Made by a program: the position numbers and the translations under genes
Notes under the pieces: generated by a model
The model's input: the letters and a program-made list of their open reading frames with translations, nothing else
Database searches by the model: none
Told to the model about the DNA's origin: nothing
Shown: one piece after another, positions 49,927 through 63,128 of the stretch
Layout: each line of letters starts with the position of its first letter
How positions within the stretch are numbered: the stretch's first letter is position 1
NCBI RefSeq assembly: GCF_030028105.1
Contig: NC_092402.1
Location: 44,132,137 to 44,196,136, forward strand
Direction: 5' to 3'
DNA: 64,000 nucleotides
DNA from: Mobula birostris
Taxonomy: Eukaryota

Positions 49927-52630
49927 CTACTCCCCTGCCTTCTCCCTATACCCTTTGATACCCTGGCAAATCAAGAATCTATCTATCTCTGCCTTAAATA
50001 CACCCAATGACTTGGCCTCCACAGCCGATTGTGGCAACAAATTCCACACATTTACCACCCTCTGACTAGAGTAATTTCTCCACATCTCTGTTCTAAATAG
50101 ATGTCCTTCAATCCTGAAGTCATGCTCTCTTATCGTAGACTCCCCTACCATGGGAAATAACTTTGCTATTTCTAATCTGTTCAGGCCTTTTAACAATCGA
50201 AATGTTTCAATCAATCCTGGAATCATTTTTGTGAACCTCCTTTGAACCCTTTCCAGTTCCAACACATCTGTTCTAAGAGGCCCACATCTGCTCACAATAC
50301 TCCAAGTGAGGCCTCACCAGGGCTTTATAAGGTCTCAACATTACATCCTTGCATATTCTAGTCCTCTTGAAAGGAATGCTAACATTGCATTTGCCTTCCT
50401 CACCACAGACACAACCTGCAAATTAACCTTTAGGGAATCCAGCACAAAGACTTCCAAGTCCCTTTGCACCTCAGTTTTTTGTATTTTCTCTCCATTTAGA
50501 AAATAGTCGACCCTTTCATTTCTTCTGCCAAAGTGCATGACATATACTTCACGACACTGTATTCCATCTGCCATTTCTTTGTCCATTCTCCTAATCTGTC
50601 TAAGTCCTTCTGTAGCCTCTCTACTTTCTCAAAGCTACCTGCACCTCCATCTATCTTCATTATCATTTGCAAATTTTGCAACAAAGCCATCAATTCCATC
50701 ATCTAAATCATTGACATATAATGTAAAAAGAATCGGTCCCAACACAGACCCCTGTGGAACACCACTAGTCTCTGGCAGCCAGTCAAGAAAGGCTCCCTTT
50801 ATTCCCACTCTTTGCCTCCTGCCAATCAGCCACTGCTTTATCCATGCTAGAATCTTTCCTGTAATACCATGGGCTCGTAGCTTGTTAAGCAGCCTCATGT
50901 GTGGCAACTTGTCAAAGGCCTTCTGAAAATCCAAGTACACAACATCAACCAACTCTCCTTTGTCATCTTGCTTGTTACTTCTTCAAAGAATTCCAACAGA
51001 TTTGTCAGGCAAAATTTTCCTTTGAGGAAACCATGCTGACTACGGCCTATTTTATCATGTGCCTCCAAGTACCCTGAGACCTCATCCTTAATAATCGACT
51101 CACATCTTCCCAACCACTGAGGCCAGACTAACTGGCCTATAGTTTCCTTTCTTCTGCCCCTCTTCCTCCTTGACGAGTGGAATGATATTTGCAAATTTCC
51201 AGTCTTCCAAAACCATTCCAGAACCTAATGAATGAAAGATCATCACTAATGCCTCCATGATCTCTTCAGCCACCTCTTTCAGAGTTCTCAGGTGCACACC
51301 ATCTGGTCCACGTGACTTATCTACCTACAGACCTTTCAGTTTTCCAAGAACCTTCTCTTTAGCTATGGTAACTTCACACACCTCATGCCCCCGACATTTG
51401 GAGCTTGCACCATACTGCTAGTGTCTTCCACAGTGAAGACTGCTGCAAAATACTTAGTCAGTTCATCTGCTATTTCATTGTCCTCCACTACTACCTCTCC
51501 AGCATCATTTTCCGGTGGTCTAATATCCACTCTAACCTCTCTTTACCACTTGGTGTCTCTGAAGAAACTTTTGGCATCCTCTTTAATATTATTGGCTTGC
51601 TTACTTTTGAATTCCATCTTTACCTTTTTAATGACTTTTTTAGTTGCCTTCTGTTGGATTTTAAAATCCTCTAACTTACTACGGATTTTTGCTCTATTAT
51701 ATGCCTTCTCTTTGGCTTTTATGTTGGCTTTGACTTCTCTTGTTAGCCACAGTTGTGTTATCTTTCCTTTAGAGTACTTCTTCCTCTTTGGGATGTATAT
51801 ACCCTGTGTCTTCTGAATTGCTTCCAGAAATTCCAGCCACTGCTGCTCTGCTGTCATCCCTGCCAGTGTTCTTTTCCAATCAATTCTGGCCAACTCTTCT
51901 CTCATTGCTCTGTAATTCCCTTTATTCCACTGTAATACTGTTACATCTGACCTTAGCTTTTCCTTCTCAAATTTCAGAGTGAATTTGATCATATTATGAT
52001 CACTTTCTCCTCAGTGTTCTTTTACATTAAGCTCTCTAATCAATTCTGGTTCATTGTACAACATCCAATCCAGAATAGATGATCGTCTAGTGCGCTCAAC
52101 CATGAGCTGCTCTAAAAAGCCATCTTGTAGTCACTATAGAAACTCCCCCTCCTGTAATCCAGCACCAACCTGATTTTCCCAATCTACCTGCATATTGAAG
52201 CCCCCATGACCATTTTAACATTGCTCTTTTGGTATGCACTTTCTATCTCCCAGTGTAATTTGTAGGCCACATCCTTACTACTGTTTGGGGTCTGTTTGCA
52301 ACTCCCATCAGGGTCTTTTTACCCTTGCAGTTCCTTAGCTCCACCCACAATGATTCAAAACCTTCCCACCCAATGTCACCTCTTCCTAATGATTTGATTT
52401 CATTTTTTTTCCACCACAGAGCAAAGCCGCCCCCTTCTGCCTTCCTGCCTGTCCTTTTGATACAATGTGTATCCTTGGATGTTAAGCTCTCAGCTATAAA
52501 CTTTCAGCCATGATTTATTGATGCCTACAACACCATACCTGCCAATCTGCAACTGTGCTGCAAGTTCATCTACCTTATTCCGTATACTGTGCGAATTCAG
52601 ATACAACATCTTCAAACCTGTATTCACCCT
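49927..52630 (-). pseudogene. CR1 ORF2 (APE endonuclease and reverse transcriptase), fragmented
   Basis: YLNSHSIRNKVDEL, NYRPVSL, QHGF, YLDFQKAFDKLPH, GVPQGSVLGP, FAND and SQRVVNVWNLLP are spread over successive ORFs. Confidence 0.92.
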
Positions 52631-52951
52631 TTTTAATTTTTTCCACCTTTTATGTTGTAACTCATCCTGTTGACTGTAATTTTGCCCCATCAACAGCCTC
52701 CCCTCACTACACATTGCCTCTGTTTACAAACCAGATACCTCATCTTCAGCACTATTATCCACCTTTCCTCTGATACTTCTTGCATTTAAATATAGGCAGC
52801 TCAGGACACTAGTTACACCATGCACAAACTTTTGATTCTTAGCTTTGTTTGAAGTCTTACCAACATCTGCCAACCCAACCTTTCCACTAACTATTCTGGT
52901 TCTTTGGATCCTGTCCCCCTGCAACTCTAGTTTAAATCCCACCGTGCAGCA

Positions 52952-53835
52952 TTAACAAAGCTTCCTGCTAGGACCCCTCCAGTTCAGGTGTAAACTGTCC
53001 CTTTGGTACAGGTTCCACTTTCCCTGGAAGAGAGCCCAATGATCCAAAAATCTGATGCCCTTCCTCCTACACCAACTCCTTAGCCATGTGTTAAACTGTA
53101 TAATCTTCCTAGTTCTGGCCTCACTAGCACATAGCACAGGTAGAAATCCCAAGATCACAATCCTGGAGGTCCTGCCCTTTAACATAGCTCCTAACTCCCT
53201 GAACTCCCTTTGCAGAACTTTATCCCTCATCTTACCCATGTCATTGGTACCTACGTGGGCCACGACTTCTGGCTGTTCTCCATCCCACTTAAGAATGCTG
53301 AGGACTCGATCCAAGGTGTCCCAGGAGGCAACATACCACCTGAGAACCTCAATCTCGCCCACAGGACCTCCTGTCCGTTCCCCTAATGAATCCTCTATCA
53401 CCACAGCTCGCTTCTTCTCCCCACTTCCCTTCTGAGTCTCAGGGGCAGACTCAGTGCCAGAGACCCAACCACTGTGACTTTCCTCTGTTTGGTCACCCCC
53501 CCCCCCCCCCAAAAACAGCATCCAAAGTAACCTGTTGTTAAGGGGGATGGCCACAGGGCTACTCCTCTACACTGGCTCCTTAACCCCTTTTCCCTTCTTG
53601 ACTGTCACCCAGTTTCCTGTGTCCAAACTTTGGGTGTAATCACCTCTCTATATGTCCTATCTATTACCCCCTCAGCTTCCTGAATGATCTGGAGTTCATC
53701 TATTTCCAGCTCCAACTCCTTCACGTGGAGTGTTAGAAGCTGCAGCTGGATGCACTTCTCGCAGTTGTAGTCATTAGGGACACTGCCTTCCCACATCCTG
53801 CAAGAGGGACATTCCACTATCCTGCCTGTCATCCC
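52952..53835 (-). pseudogene. CR1 ORF1 (zinc finger/leucine zipper and SGNH esterase), frameshifted
   Basis: VECPSCRMWE..DYNCEKCIQLQLL...LELEIDEL, then AVVIEDSL, VVAHVGTND, FLDHW and DSLHLNWRG. Confidence 0.9.
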
Positions 53836-54165
53836 TACTGTCCTAGCTGAGCAGGTATAATGAAGCGAGTGAAAAAAACTTGAGCTTTTCTTTCCTTTGC
53901 TTTCTCTGAGTGGAGCCTCTCTTGGCTGAAGCCTCAAGGTCACCAGTCTGACTTTGCCCACTCAAACAACGTCCCCTGCGCTTGCCCCTGCCTCCCTTTA
54001 ATTTGCTCTCACTAATCAATCCCAAATGCTGCTTGGTCGCTGCTCAAAGCTCTATTACGCTGCCGCAACCATCTCCTGCCTTTTATCCTTGTTCAGTGGA
54101 CCTGACTGAAGTCCCTTCCTCTCCAACTTCTGATGTCTGGATTGGCCACTGCTCAAAGCTCTATC

Positions 54166-54560
54166 TGGTATGTTCACCAAAGACACTCACAAATTTCTAC
54201 AGATCTACCTTGTAGAGCATTCTAACTGGCTGCATCACTGCCTGGTACGGAGGGGCCACTGCACAGGATCAAAAAATGCTGCAGAAAGTTGTAAACTCAG
54301 CCAGCTCATTAAGGGCACTTGCCTCCCCAGGATCGAGGACATCTTCAAAAGGCAATGCCTCAAAAAGGCAGCATCCATTATTAAAGAACCCCATCACCGA
54401 GGACATGCACTCTTCTCATTGCTACCATCAATTTAACACTATATATATTTCTAACTGCAATTTCTAGTTTTAAAAATTACGTGTTGCAGTATACTGTTGC
54501 AGCAAAACAAGATATTTTAAGGCATAGAGCAGTGATATTAAACCTGATTCTGATTCTGAA
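54166..54560 (+). mobile_element. Rex-type LINE 3' part (continues 49265-49397)
   Basis: SPKTLTNFYRST and KKAASIIKEPHHRGHALFSLLPS, with a (GATTCT)n tail. Confidence 0.8.
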
Positions 54561-55214
54561 AATGTCATCCATTCCCTCATGATCTATCAGGAGGAATATT
54601 AGAGGAAGTCCAGAGTAGAGGAGGCTGCAACTTTTCTTATAGACCTGAGAGAAGCATTATCTTCTTCCATGATTGCACAGAGTACATTTCCACTGACCTA
54701 TTCGGTCTTCAACCTCCACCTGAACTAGCGACCTGCAACTCAAGCATTGCTTAAGATCCTGAACAGAATCAGAGTTATATAGCATGGAAATATAGCAAAG
54801 GAGTTTGATGAGAGTTGCTATATTGCCGAAGACGCTAGCACATTTCTGTAGACGTATGCTGGAGAGGATTATGACTGGTTGAATCATCACCTAGTATGGA
54901 GGCTTCAATGCACAGGATTGAAAAAGGCTCAGCCAGCTCAATCATGGGCACAACCTTTCCCACCATCAAGGATGCCTTCAAAAGGCACTGTCTCAAGAAG
55001 GCAGCATCCATCATTAAGGACCCTCACCATTTTATTACTAACATCAGGAATGAGGTACAAGAGTCTGAAGAACCATGCTCAATGTTTTAGGAACAGCTTC
55101 TTCTCTTCTGCCAACAGATTTCTGATTGGCCATGAACCCAAGAACACCACCTTGCTATTCCTCTTTTGCACTATCTAACTATCTATCTACCCACTGTAAA
55201 TTATAAACATGTGA

Positions 55215-55715
55215 TTTTGCAGATGCTGGAAATCCAGAGCAACACACAAAATGCTGGAGGAACGTGTGGATAGTCAGAGGCTTTTTCCCAGGGCTGAAAC
55301 AGCTAACACAAGAGGACACAGTTTCAAGGTGCTTGGAAGTAGGTACAGGAGACATCAGGGATAAGTTTTTTACGCAGAGAGTGGTGAATGCATGGAATGG
55401 GCTACCGGTGATGGTGGTGGAGGCAGATATGATAGGGTCTTTTAAGAGACTCCTGGATAGGTACACGGAGCTTAGAAAAATAGAGGGCTATGGTTAATCT
55501 GAGGTAATTTCTAAAGTTAGTACATGCTCGGCACAGAATCTTGGGCTGAAGGGCCTGTATTATGCTGTAGGTTTTCTATGTTCCTAACATCACTGGAGGG
55601 GAATAAACAGTCAACTTTTCAGGCTTAGGTGAAGTCCTGATGAAGGGTCTCAGCCCCAAACGTCAACTACTTGTTCCTCTGCCTAACATGTTAAGTTCCT
55701 CCAGCATTTTGTGCT
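55215..55715. mobile_element. Penelope-derived inverted repeat with a CR1 3' fragment (about 55263-55585, +) nested inside
   Basis: 'aaatgctggaggaac' | CR1 | 'gaataaacagtcaac...gtcctgatgaagggtctcagccccaaacgtcaac...gttcctccagcattttgtg'. Confidence 0.75.
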
Positions 55716-57509
55716 ATTGTAAATTTTGTTATTTTAATGTCCTGCACTACACCTCGATCACAAAACAACAAATTTCATGACATATGTCAGTGATTCTGAT
55801 TCTGAAATAGGCCCTTCACTGCACTGAGTCAACACCCAATTGGTAGCTCTAGCAACACAAAAACTTTTATGTCAGGAAATTCAGTTGTGCAGTGATGGAG
55901 TTTAGATTGCCTTAACCAAATCACACCGGACCAAATCGTAAAACTCACTGAGATATTTCCAGCCATTCATCACCCTTACAAGCCTGTCAAAACCTTTTGC
56001 ATCAGCGAGACACACATAATGGATCATTCTGTATGCAAAATTTGGACCATGCTGTCCTGAGGCACCCTCAGGAGTATGCAGTCCTGACCTTACAGCACTA
56101 ATTAAGAATAGCAAGAAAGTGAGAGGAATAAAAATTGACATTTTGTGATGAAGGGTCTCAGCCCCTAGCATCGACCGTTTAGTTGTTTTCAGAGACGGTG
56201 CCCGACCTGCTGAGTTCCTCCAGCACTTTGTGTGTGTTGCTCTACAGTTCCAGCATCTGCCGAATCTCTTGTGTTTATAATTTACTCAGATCATGCTCTT
56301 CCCACTCCTTTAGCAATGGGCAGCTCCAACAACATCTCCATTCCTCTGTCTGCCTACTCCCACTCCCAAATAACCATTTCTAATCTCCTCTCCCACTCCT
56401 TATGTCTTGCTCCCAAAACTCTTCCCCTGATGCTGGGTGTGATTCCTCCCTCTCCCAGTGCTTCTGGTCAATCCTCCCAATCTCCATGGTCAATCCTCCC
56501 TTCCCTTTTCTGCACGGTTGCCTCAATCCCAACCCACCACTGTCCTTCCACATTCAGCAAGGATTTTGATTTTAACCTCACCTCATTTGCAAAGCCAGAG
56601 GAAGGGGGTCTCCCTTTCTACACAACACTGAACTTAACAGACATTGACACAGACTGTTCACCTTCCCATGCCCTCTGCTTACTACTTTGCTTCTAAGAAT
56701 AACAGGTGACATGACCTAATTTCTTACATTCCACACATACACTGTGTCTGGTAATCAGTTACAAATAATATTTCAAGGGTGGTTTTATGTATTCTTTGGC
56801 TGTTGTCTGGTTTATTGCGTCTAGGCATTTAATATACTCTGTGATAGTCTATAAAAAAAAGAATGAGCTCAAACTTGGTGTGGTGGCCAATTCTTCAGAG
56901 AAATGTTAGAACCCTACATCAAAACAAAACCAGAATTATTTTGAAGACAGCCTCGGAGTTATCCTTGCGGTCTGGTGAATAAAGTTTCCTCAATCGATTA
57001 TCCTACAGTCAGTTTATCTGTTCTTTATCTTGTGGTACTTATGTGCATATGGTATCTGTGGTGTTGACAACATTCTAGCAGGATTACATCTGAGATAACC
57101 CAAGGATTGAAGACGCTACAGAAATGCAAGTTGAAAGTTAATTTATTATCAAAGTATGTATATGTCACCATATACTATCCTGAGATTTGTTTTCTTGCAT
57201 GCATTTACAGGAAAATAAAGAAATACAATAGAATTTATTAAAAAGTATAAGTAACAATTGAATAAGTTGGGAATTAGTACCAATTTATCATGCTGATAGA
57301 GGGACGTCTTGTAGAGGTCATAAAACCTCATTGCTTGAGGATGACATCATATCAAAACAGGCCATTATATTTCTCTTTTGCTTCAGGACCCTCCCAGTGC
57401 TGGTACGGAGGATATCTTCTAGGAAGAGATGTCAGAAAGGTCAGCAGTTTATTCTGATTCAAAGTAGATATTGTATCTTCCAAGATGCTGCCTAGATTAC
57501 AGAACACAT

Positions 57510-57955
57510 CTCCTGAGGAAAGGCTGAGTGAGCTTGGGCTTTTTCCTTTGGAGCGAAGGAAGATGAGAGGTGACTCTACATAAGTGTAGGATTATGAGAG
57601 GCATAGATGGAATGGGCAGCCAGCACAGTTCTCCCAAGGCAGCAGTGGTCTATAGCAGAGGACATCATTTTAAGGTGAATGGAGGAAAGTTTAGGGGATA
57701 TGTCAGAGGTAGGTGTTTTTTTTTTCCTCCACACAGAGAGTGGTTGGTTACTGGAATGTACTGCTGGGATAGTGTCAGAAGCTGATACAATAGGGACATT
57801 TAAGAGATTCTTAGGCACAAGGATGTAAGAATAGAGGGTTGAGAGCTGTGTAGGAGGGAAGGACTCAACTGATTGTGGAGTAGGTTTACATAGGTCCATA
57901 CAACATCGTGGACTGCAGTGTTCATACTGAGCTGTACTGTTTCATGTTCCATATT
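57510..57955 (+). mobile_element. CR1 3' fragment
   Basis: ERLSELGLFSLERRKMRGD remnant and SRGHHFKV. Confidence 0.75.
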
Positions 57956-58620
57956 CTGTGTTTTCCCAGCAATGGGGACAGTTCAGGTGAGCACATTTTG
58001 GGATTGGCAGCAATGGCAGACTTCCCTCAACTATCTGAGTTACTGACCTTTCTGGCATTGGCAACATTACCAGCCACAAATTTTTGTAAGAAGGAAAGGC
58101 CTTCCCTCCGTGAACATGGTTGGAGCAGCCTATATGCCAAGTACATTTTTATTTATGTTTACTTTTTTGGTGAACTTTCTGTCTTTACATTGTTAAAGCC
58201 ATAAGGACCCAGTGTAATCTTTGGTGCCTCTCCAAAGGAATCACCCCTCAGTTTGGGGACCACTATTCTAGGGTTCTCCCCAAAAACTTACTGTATGTCC
58301 CAAAGACAAGAAACAGACCGTCACTGCCTACCAGGAAGCTGTTTTGAAATCAAGGTTTACTCTGTTCTAACCTCACTTATGATGCCCTATTGCAACCACC
58401 ATATTAGAGCAGCAGAACTGGAATTGGAATTCGTTTCTTATTGTCACATGTACTGAGGTACAGTGCAAAACTTGCCTTGCATTCTGTCTATACAGATCAA
58501 GCCATTACACTTGATCTGTATGGACATACTTGAAGTAGAACAAGTTACAACAATACCAGAATGCAGAATAATGTGCAATAGCTACAGCCGGTAAATAAGG
58601 TACAAGATTATAATGAGGTG

Positions 58621-59165
58621 CAGTACTGTTTAAAAGTCTTAGGCACATATATATGTAGCTAGGGTGCCCAAGACTTTTGCTCAGTACTGTATTTGACAAC
58701 GTGAAGCAGAGTGTGAGCTTGTAAACGTGGCAGGAGCAAAAGATGTTGGGAATGGCAAGGGTGGAGTGCTGAGGGAAGGGTGTGGGACAGGTGGCAGAGA
58801 AGGAGTGCCAGGGGCGGGGAAATGGCGTGGGTGCAGAAACAGCCAGCTCTGAGACACCAGGTTAGGACATTTGATTCCAAACAGTTGGTTTATTGATCAT
58901 TACAGAATGTCTCTCTGGTGTTTCCCACTCCCCTCTCTTCTCCCTTCCCCTTTTCCCAACCATGATTCCCCTCTCCCTGCCCCCTTCCCACTCTCAGACC
59001 ACAATAGAGACCCATATCAGAATCAGGTTTATCATCACTCACATACGAAATGAAATTTGTTTTTTTTTGCGGCAGCAGTACAGTACATAAAATTACTACA
59101 GTACTGTGCGAATGTCTTGGGCACCCTCATTATATATATGCGCCTAAAACTTTTGCACAGAACTG
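58621..59165. mobile_element. Composite Tc1/mariner-type non-autonomous transposon (two mini-MITEs and passenger DNA)
   Basis: Palindromic units at 58621-58689 and 59099-59165 are inverted relative to each other. The host LINE tail is continuous across the whole unit. Confidence 0.8.
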
Positions 59166-59614
59166 TAGATTGTGAAGCCAAAAGTCCATCTTATCATACT
59201 TTGGAATCATTTAATAATTGTATAAGAGTGGGGTAGTTATGGATCCAGAAAGAATGAGATAAACATTGTCTTATAGCAGTAGGATGGAAGCTATCTTTGA
59301 GCCTGGTGGTACATGCCTTCAGGCTTTTGCATCTTCTGCCTGATGGGACAGGGCAGAAGATAGAATGTCTAGGGTGGGTGGGGTCTTTGATTATGCTGGC
59401 TGCTTTCTTTGAGGGCTTTCAAGGCCAATGTAGAGATGTCACCGGCAGCTGTAGTTCGGTGAATGTCTCTCTTGAGACCAACAGAAAGCAGTGGGATCAC
59501 GTTTCATTTAAAGCACAAAATTTAGTCTGACACTCCAGTGAGGTACTGTTGGAAGTGCTGGAATCTGGATAAGTTGAAGCAAGGCTGCTCCCTCAAACAG
59601 CAATGTGATTATAA

Positions 59615-59940
59615 ACACAAAATGCTCGAGGAACCCAGCAAGTCAGGCAGCAGCTATGGAGGGGAATAAACAGTCAAAATTTTGGGCTGAGATCATTTAT
59701 CAGGACTGGAAAGGAAGGGAGCAAAAGCCAGAATAAGAAGGTAAGGGAAGGGAATGAAGGTGAGGGGCGGGGGAGGGAGGTGAAGTAAGAAGCTGGGAGA
59801 TGTTAGGGGAAGAGGTAGAGGCTCTTTACTTTTAAAGGAGAAGGAATCTGATAGGAGAAGAGGGTGAAGAGGGACCATGGGAAAGAAGAAGGGCACCAAG
59901 GAGAGGTGATAGGCAAGTGAGGGGAAGAGAATGGGTAAAA
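59615..59940 (-). mobile_element. Penelope-derived terminal repeat
   Basis: 'aaacacaaaatgctcgaggaaccc...cagtcaaaattttgggctgagatcatttatcaggactg' followed by a purine-rich body. Confidence 0.7.
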
Positions 59941-62552
59941 GGGGAGCACAATATCACTCAGAGAGGATAGCCCGTGCAGGAGGTGGCCCTACAAGATGGC
60001 GCATCATCTAGTGAGAAATGGCAAGGACAGGAAGAGGAGGCCCAGAGTCAGCAGATAACATCCTGTGGCTGTTTCCTTCTGTTAGAAGGAAGCAAACAAC
60101 CACTGAATTTATATTTAGCATGGAAAGACGAGCAGAACAGAAGGAATCAATTAGTGTACAAGCAGAGAAAGGCAACAACTTCAGAGAGGGGAAAGAAGAC
60201 AATTGACTCTTCCTGGCCACAGGGCTGACAACTCCTCTCGATCCTTTCCTGGTCCATTTGCACTTAGATGTGTCCCTGAGTTAGATAGTGGATCTGTCCT
60301 GCTGAGACATTCCATGGAATGAGGCCACTGCCAAGCTAGTGACAAACACTTATACATACATTAATGCAATAAAATAGAAGGCGGATTAAGACAATTCTTA
60401 CCTGCATGTCCAATGCTTTTTTTCAGTCAAGTAACCAGCAGTGAAATATCATGTAAAGCTTGCTCTCCCTCTGACCCAGCATTTTGAGTGTGGTTACAAG
60501 TATGATCCACGCTTAGGAGGTACACTCCTGCTGAAGGCACTATCTCCACTCCAACTCATTACTCCCCGGAAAGTCTGGTCGAGCCAGCGATGGAGATATC
60601 CCATTGAAAGTCAGGGCAGGGCAAGTTCAATCCAATGTTTCTTGGTAGCAGAAGGTTGTCTTATGAATCAGGTTTAGTAGAATGAAAGGTAATTTCACTG
60701 ATACAAGCAAGATTTTGAATGGAATTAACAAGGCACATCCCAAGAAGCTGTTTCCTCAGGCTGCGGAGTCTAGAACTGAAGGGAATAGCTTTGGAATAAA
60801 GGATCTGCCATTGGAGATGTCAATGTGGAGACATTCCTTAGATGGATGGAATTCTTCACCACTTGAATACTCAAGGCTGATATTAGGACGATTTTAGACA
60901 TCAAAGAATGCAAGGATAAGGCAGAAAAGTGGAAAAGACAGAGCATCAACCATGATGGAGAAATTCAAAGAGTCACATGGCAATCCTGTTCCTAAATCTT
61001 ATGTTCCTAGAACCCTAAGCCTTCCAACCTGGGCTCAGGAAGGGATAGGACCTGAGGAGGAGAGGAAGAGAGAGAACGGTAGGCACTGATTCTGATCTTA
61101 GCTTGCTTATTAAGATGAATTGAGCCAATTTAGGGTCGCTAACGATTCAGCCCCTCAAAAAAATGTGTGAAACCACCACAGATTAGAGGTTCCAGCACAG
61201 AAAAATACACGGAGAAAGACAGCTTTGTGTAGTTACAGCTAGAATCCAACATGCAGCAGTGAGAAGCTTCTTCCACAAGCAAAAATACAATCAGGCTGCT
61301 GTCATTGTTGGAAGCCAGCCCTGCTGGACAGCTGCCAAGAATGTGAGGATGTGCTTGAGCACTGCTTTGGATCACGTAATAACACTGTCCTGCTTTTCCA
61401 GGCATTAGGGCTAAGAAGATGAAAACAATGAAACAGGCTGCAGGCAAGCCCTCGTCCTCATCTGGTGGAACTCTGCCTGCTCCAAGGCATCAAGAGCTTA
61501 AACCTCTCTCCCCTTGAAACATTTAGGACAATTGCCACAACACACAGCTTTCCGAGGAAAACATACACACTGATCTGCTGTGCTACAAATGTGCTTGTGG
61601 GTCCAAAACGAGGTCACACAGATGCTGTTTTAAAAGTCAGTTCACAGTATGTAGAGAATTCCAATGTGTACTTCCATTTCTAGTTGCTGCCTGTGCAAAG
61701 CAAGCTCTCAAACTTACAGCTGCCAATGCATTCCCAAGAAGAATTTTACTCCATTTGCTAGTGCTGTACTTTTCCTCACAAACCCATCCCTCCCTTCCAA
61801 CCATGTCTATGTTACTTGTGATTACACAGAAGTGAATTTTTTTTTGTGGAAATGTTGGTGTTTGCATATTTGGTTACTTAAGCTTTGTGAGCTGTTGGCA
61901 AAGGCAGCGTAGTTCAAGAGGGGTCTGTTTTAGATCTGGATAGCCTGTAGGTTTGGCATGGTTCAAAAGTTCAAAGTAAATTTATTATCAAAGTGCTTAT
62001 ATGTCACCACATCACCCCCCGGGATTCACTTTTTGCAGGCATTCACAGGAGAACAAGGAAATACAATGGAATCAATGAAAAACTACACACAAAGTCTAAC
62101 AAACAACCAATGTGCAAAAGACAAACTGTGCAAACACAAGAACAAAAAATAATCATACTGAGAACATGAGATGTAGAGTCCTTGAAAGCGAGCCCATAGG
62201 CTGTGTTCAGTGTTGAGGTGAGTGAAGTTATCCATGGTGGTTCAGGAGCCTGATGGTTGAAGGATAAATCCATTGGTGTTTCCATACTATACCATGTGTT
62301 TGACAAGTTAAAATGGGGCAGCATTGCTATCACAAAGTACGTTTCAGTGACCAGAATAGGAAAGGTGGAAGTGTGATTTTTCAACAGTCAGATGGCTTAC
62401 TATCCCAGGACAACATATCTGTCTAGGTACACTACCTGAGGGTTATTGGCATCGCAAGACCCAAGGCATCAATGAGCAGATGAATTCTGATACGGAAATT
62501 ATTTGCCAAGAAATGCAAGATAGTAATTTGCTTAGTGACAAACAACAGCGTT

Positions 62553-63128
62553 TGTGTACAAGAAGGGCCAGAGTCACCTCTACTTCCTGAGGAGACCGAG
62601 GTCCTTTGGAGTATGCAGGCCTCTCCTTCACATGTTCTGCCAGTCTGTTGTCTCCAGTACAATCTTCTGTGTGGTGGTGTGCTGGGGCAATGGCATCAAC
62701 ACGGGTGATGCCAACAGGCTCAATAAACTGATTAGAAAGGCTGGCTCTGTTATAGGAGTCAAACTGGACACACTGAGGCTGCGGTAGAACAAAGGACTCT
62801 ACAGAAAATCCTGGCAATTCTGGACAATGTTTCTCACCCTCTGCATGACACCCTGGCTGAACAGAGGAGCATCTTTAGTAATAGACTAAGACAACTGTGC
62901 TGCACTAAAGAGCGCGATATGAGGGCATTCTTACCCTCGGCCATTAGGCTCTATAATGAGTCAACCTATAGCTGGGGAAGTGATGGCCCCCTCCTGTTAG
63001 GCTGTTTGAGGTAACTTATTTTTTATTCTTTCTTACTTCTCTTCTAATATTTGTATATTTGTATATCTGTGCACTTGTAATGCTACTATAATTTCCTTTG
63101 GGATCAATAAAGTATCTATCTACCCATC
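62553..63128 (+). mobile_element. Rex1-type LINE 3' fragment (same family as 7180-8330)
   Basis: Highly similar to 7756-8330 (YKKGQSHLYFLRR...). Confidence 0.9.

Larger units (their letters stand above)
49398..54165 (-). mobile_element. Near full-length CR1 LINE with a second tandem 3' end, nested in a Rex-type fragment
   Basis: 5' UTR, ORF1, ORF2 (endonuclease and RT) and 3' UTR are all recognisable. An extra 3' end lies at about 49398-49815. The host Rex frame continues across the insertion. Confidence 0.93.

Noticed and set aside
61139-61912. Repeat-free stretch with several short ORFs
   Set aside because: No recognisable protein motifs. It may be conserved non-coding DNA, but that cannot be judged without alignments.
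62432-62452. Alternative first-exon candidate MPITLR with donor cag|gtagtg
   Set aside because: The phase fits, but there is no similarity to TR-alpha N-termini and it is too short to support.
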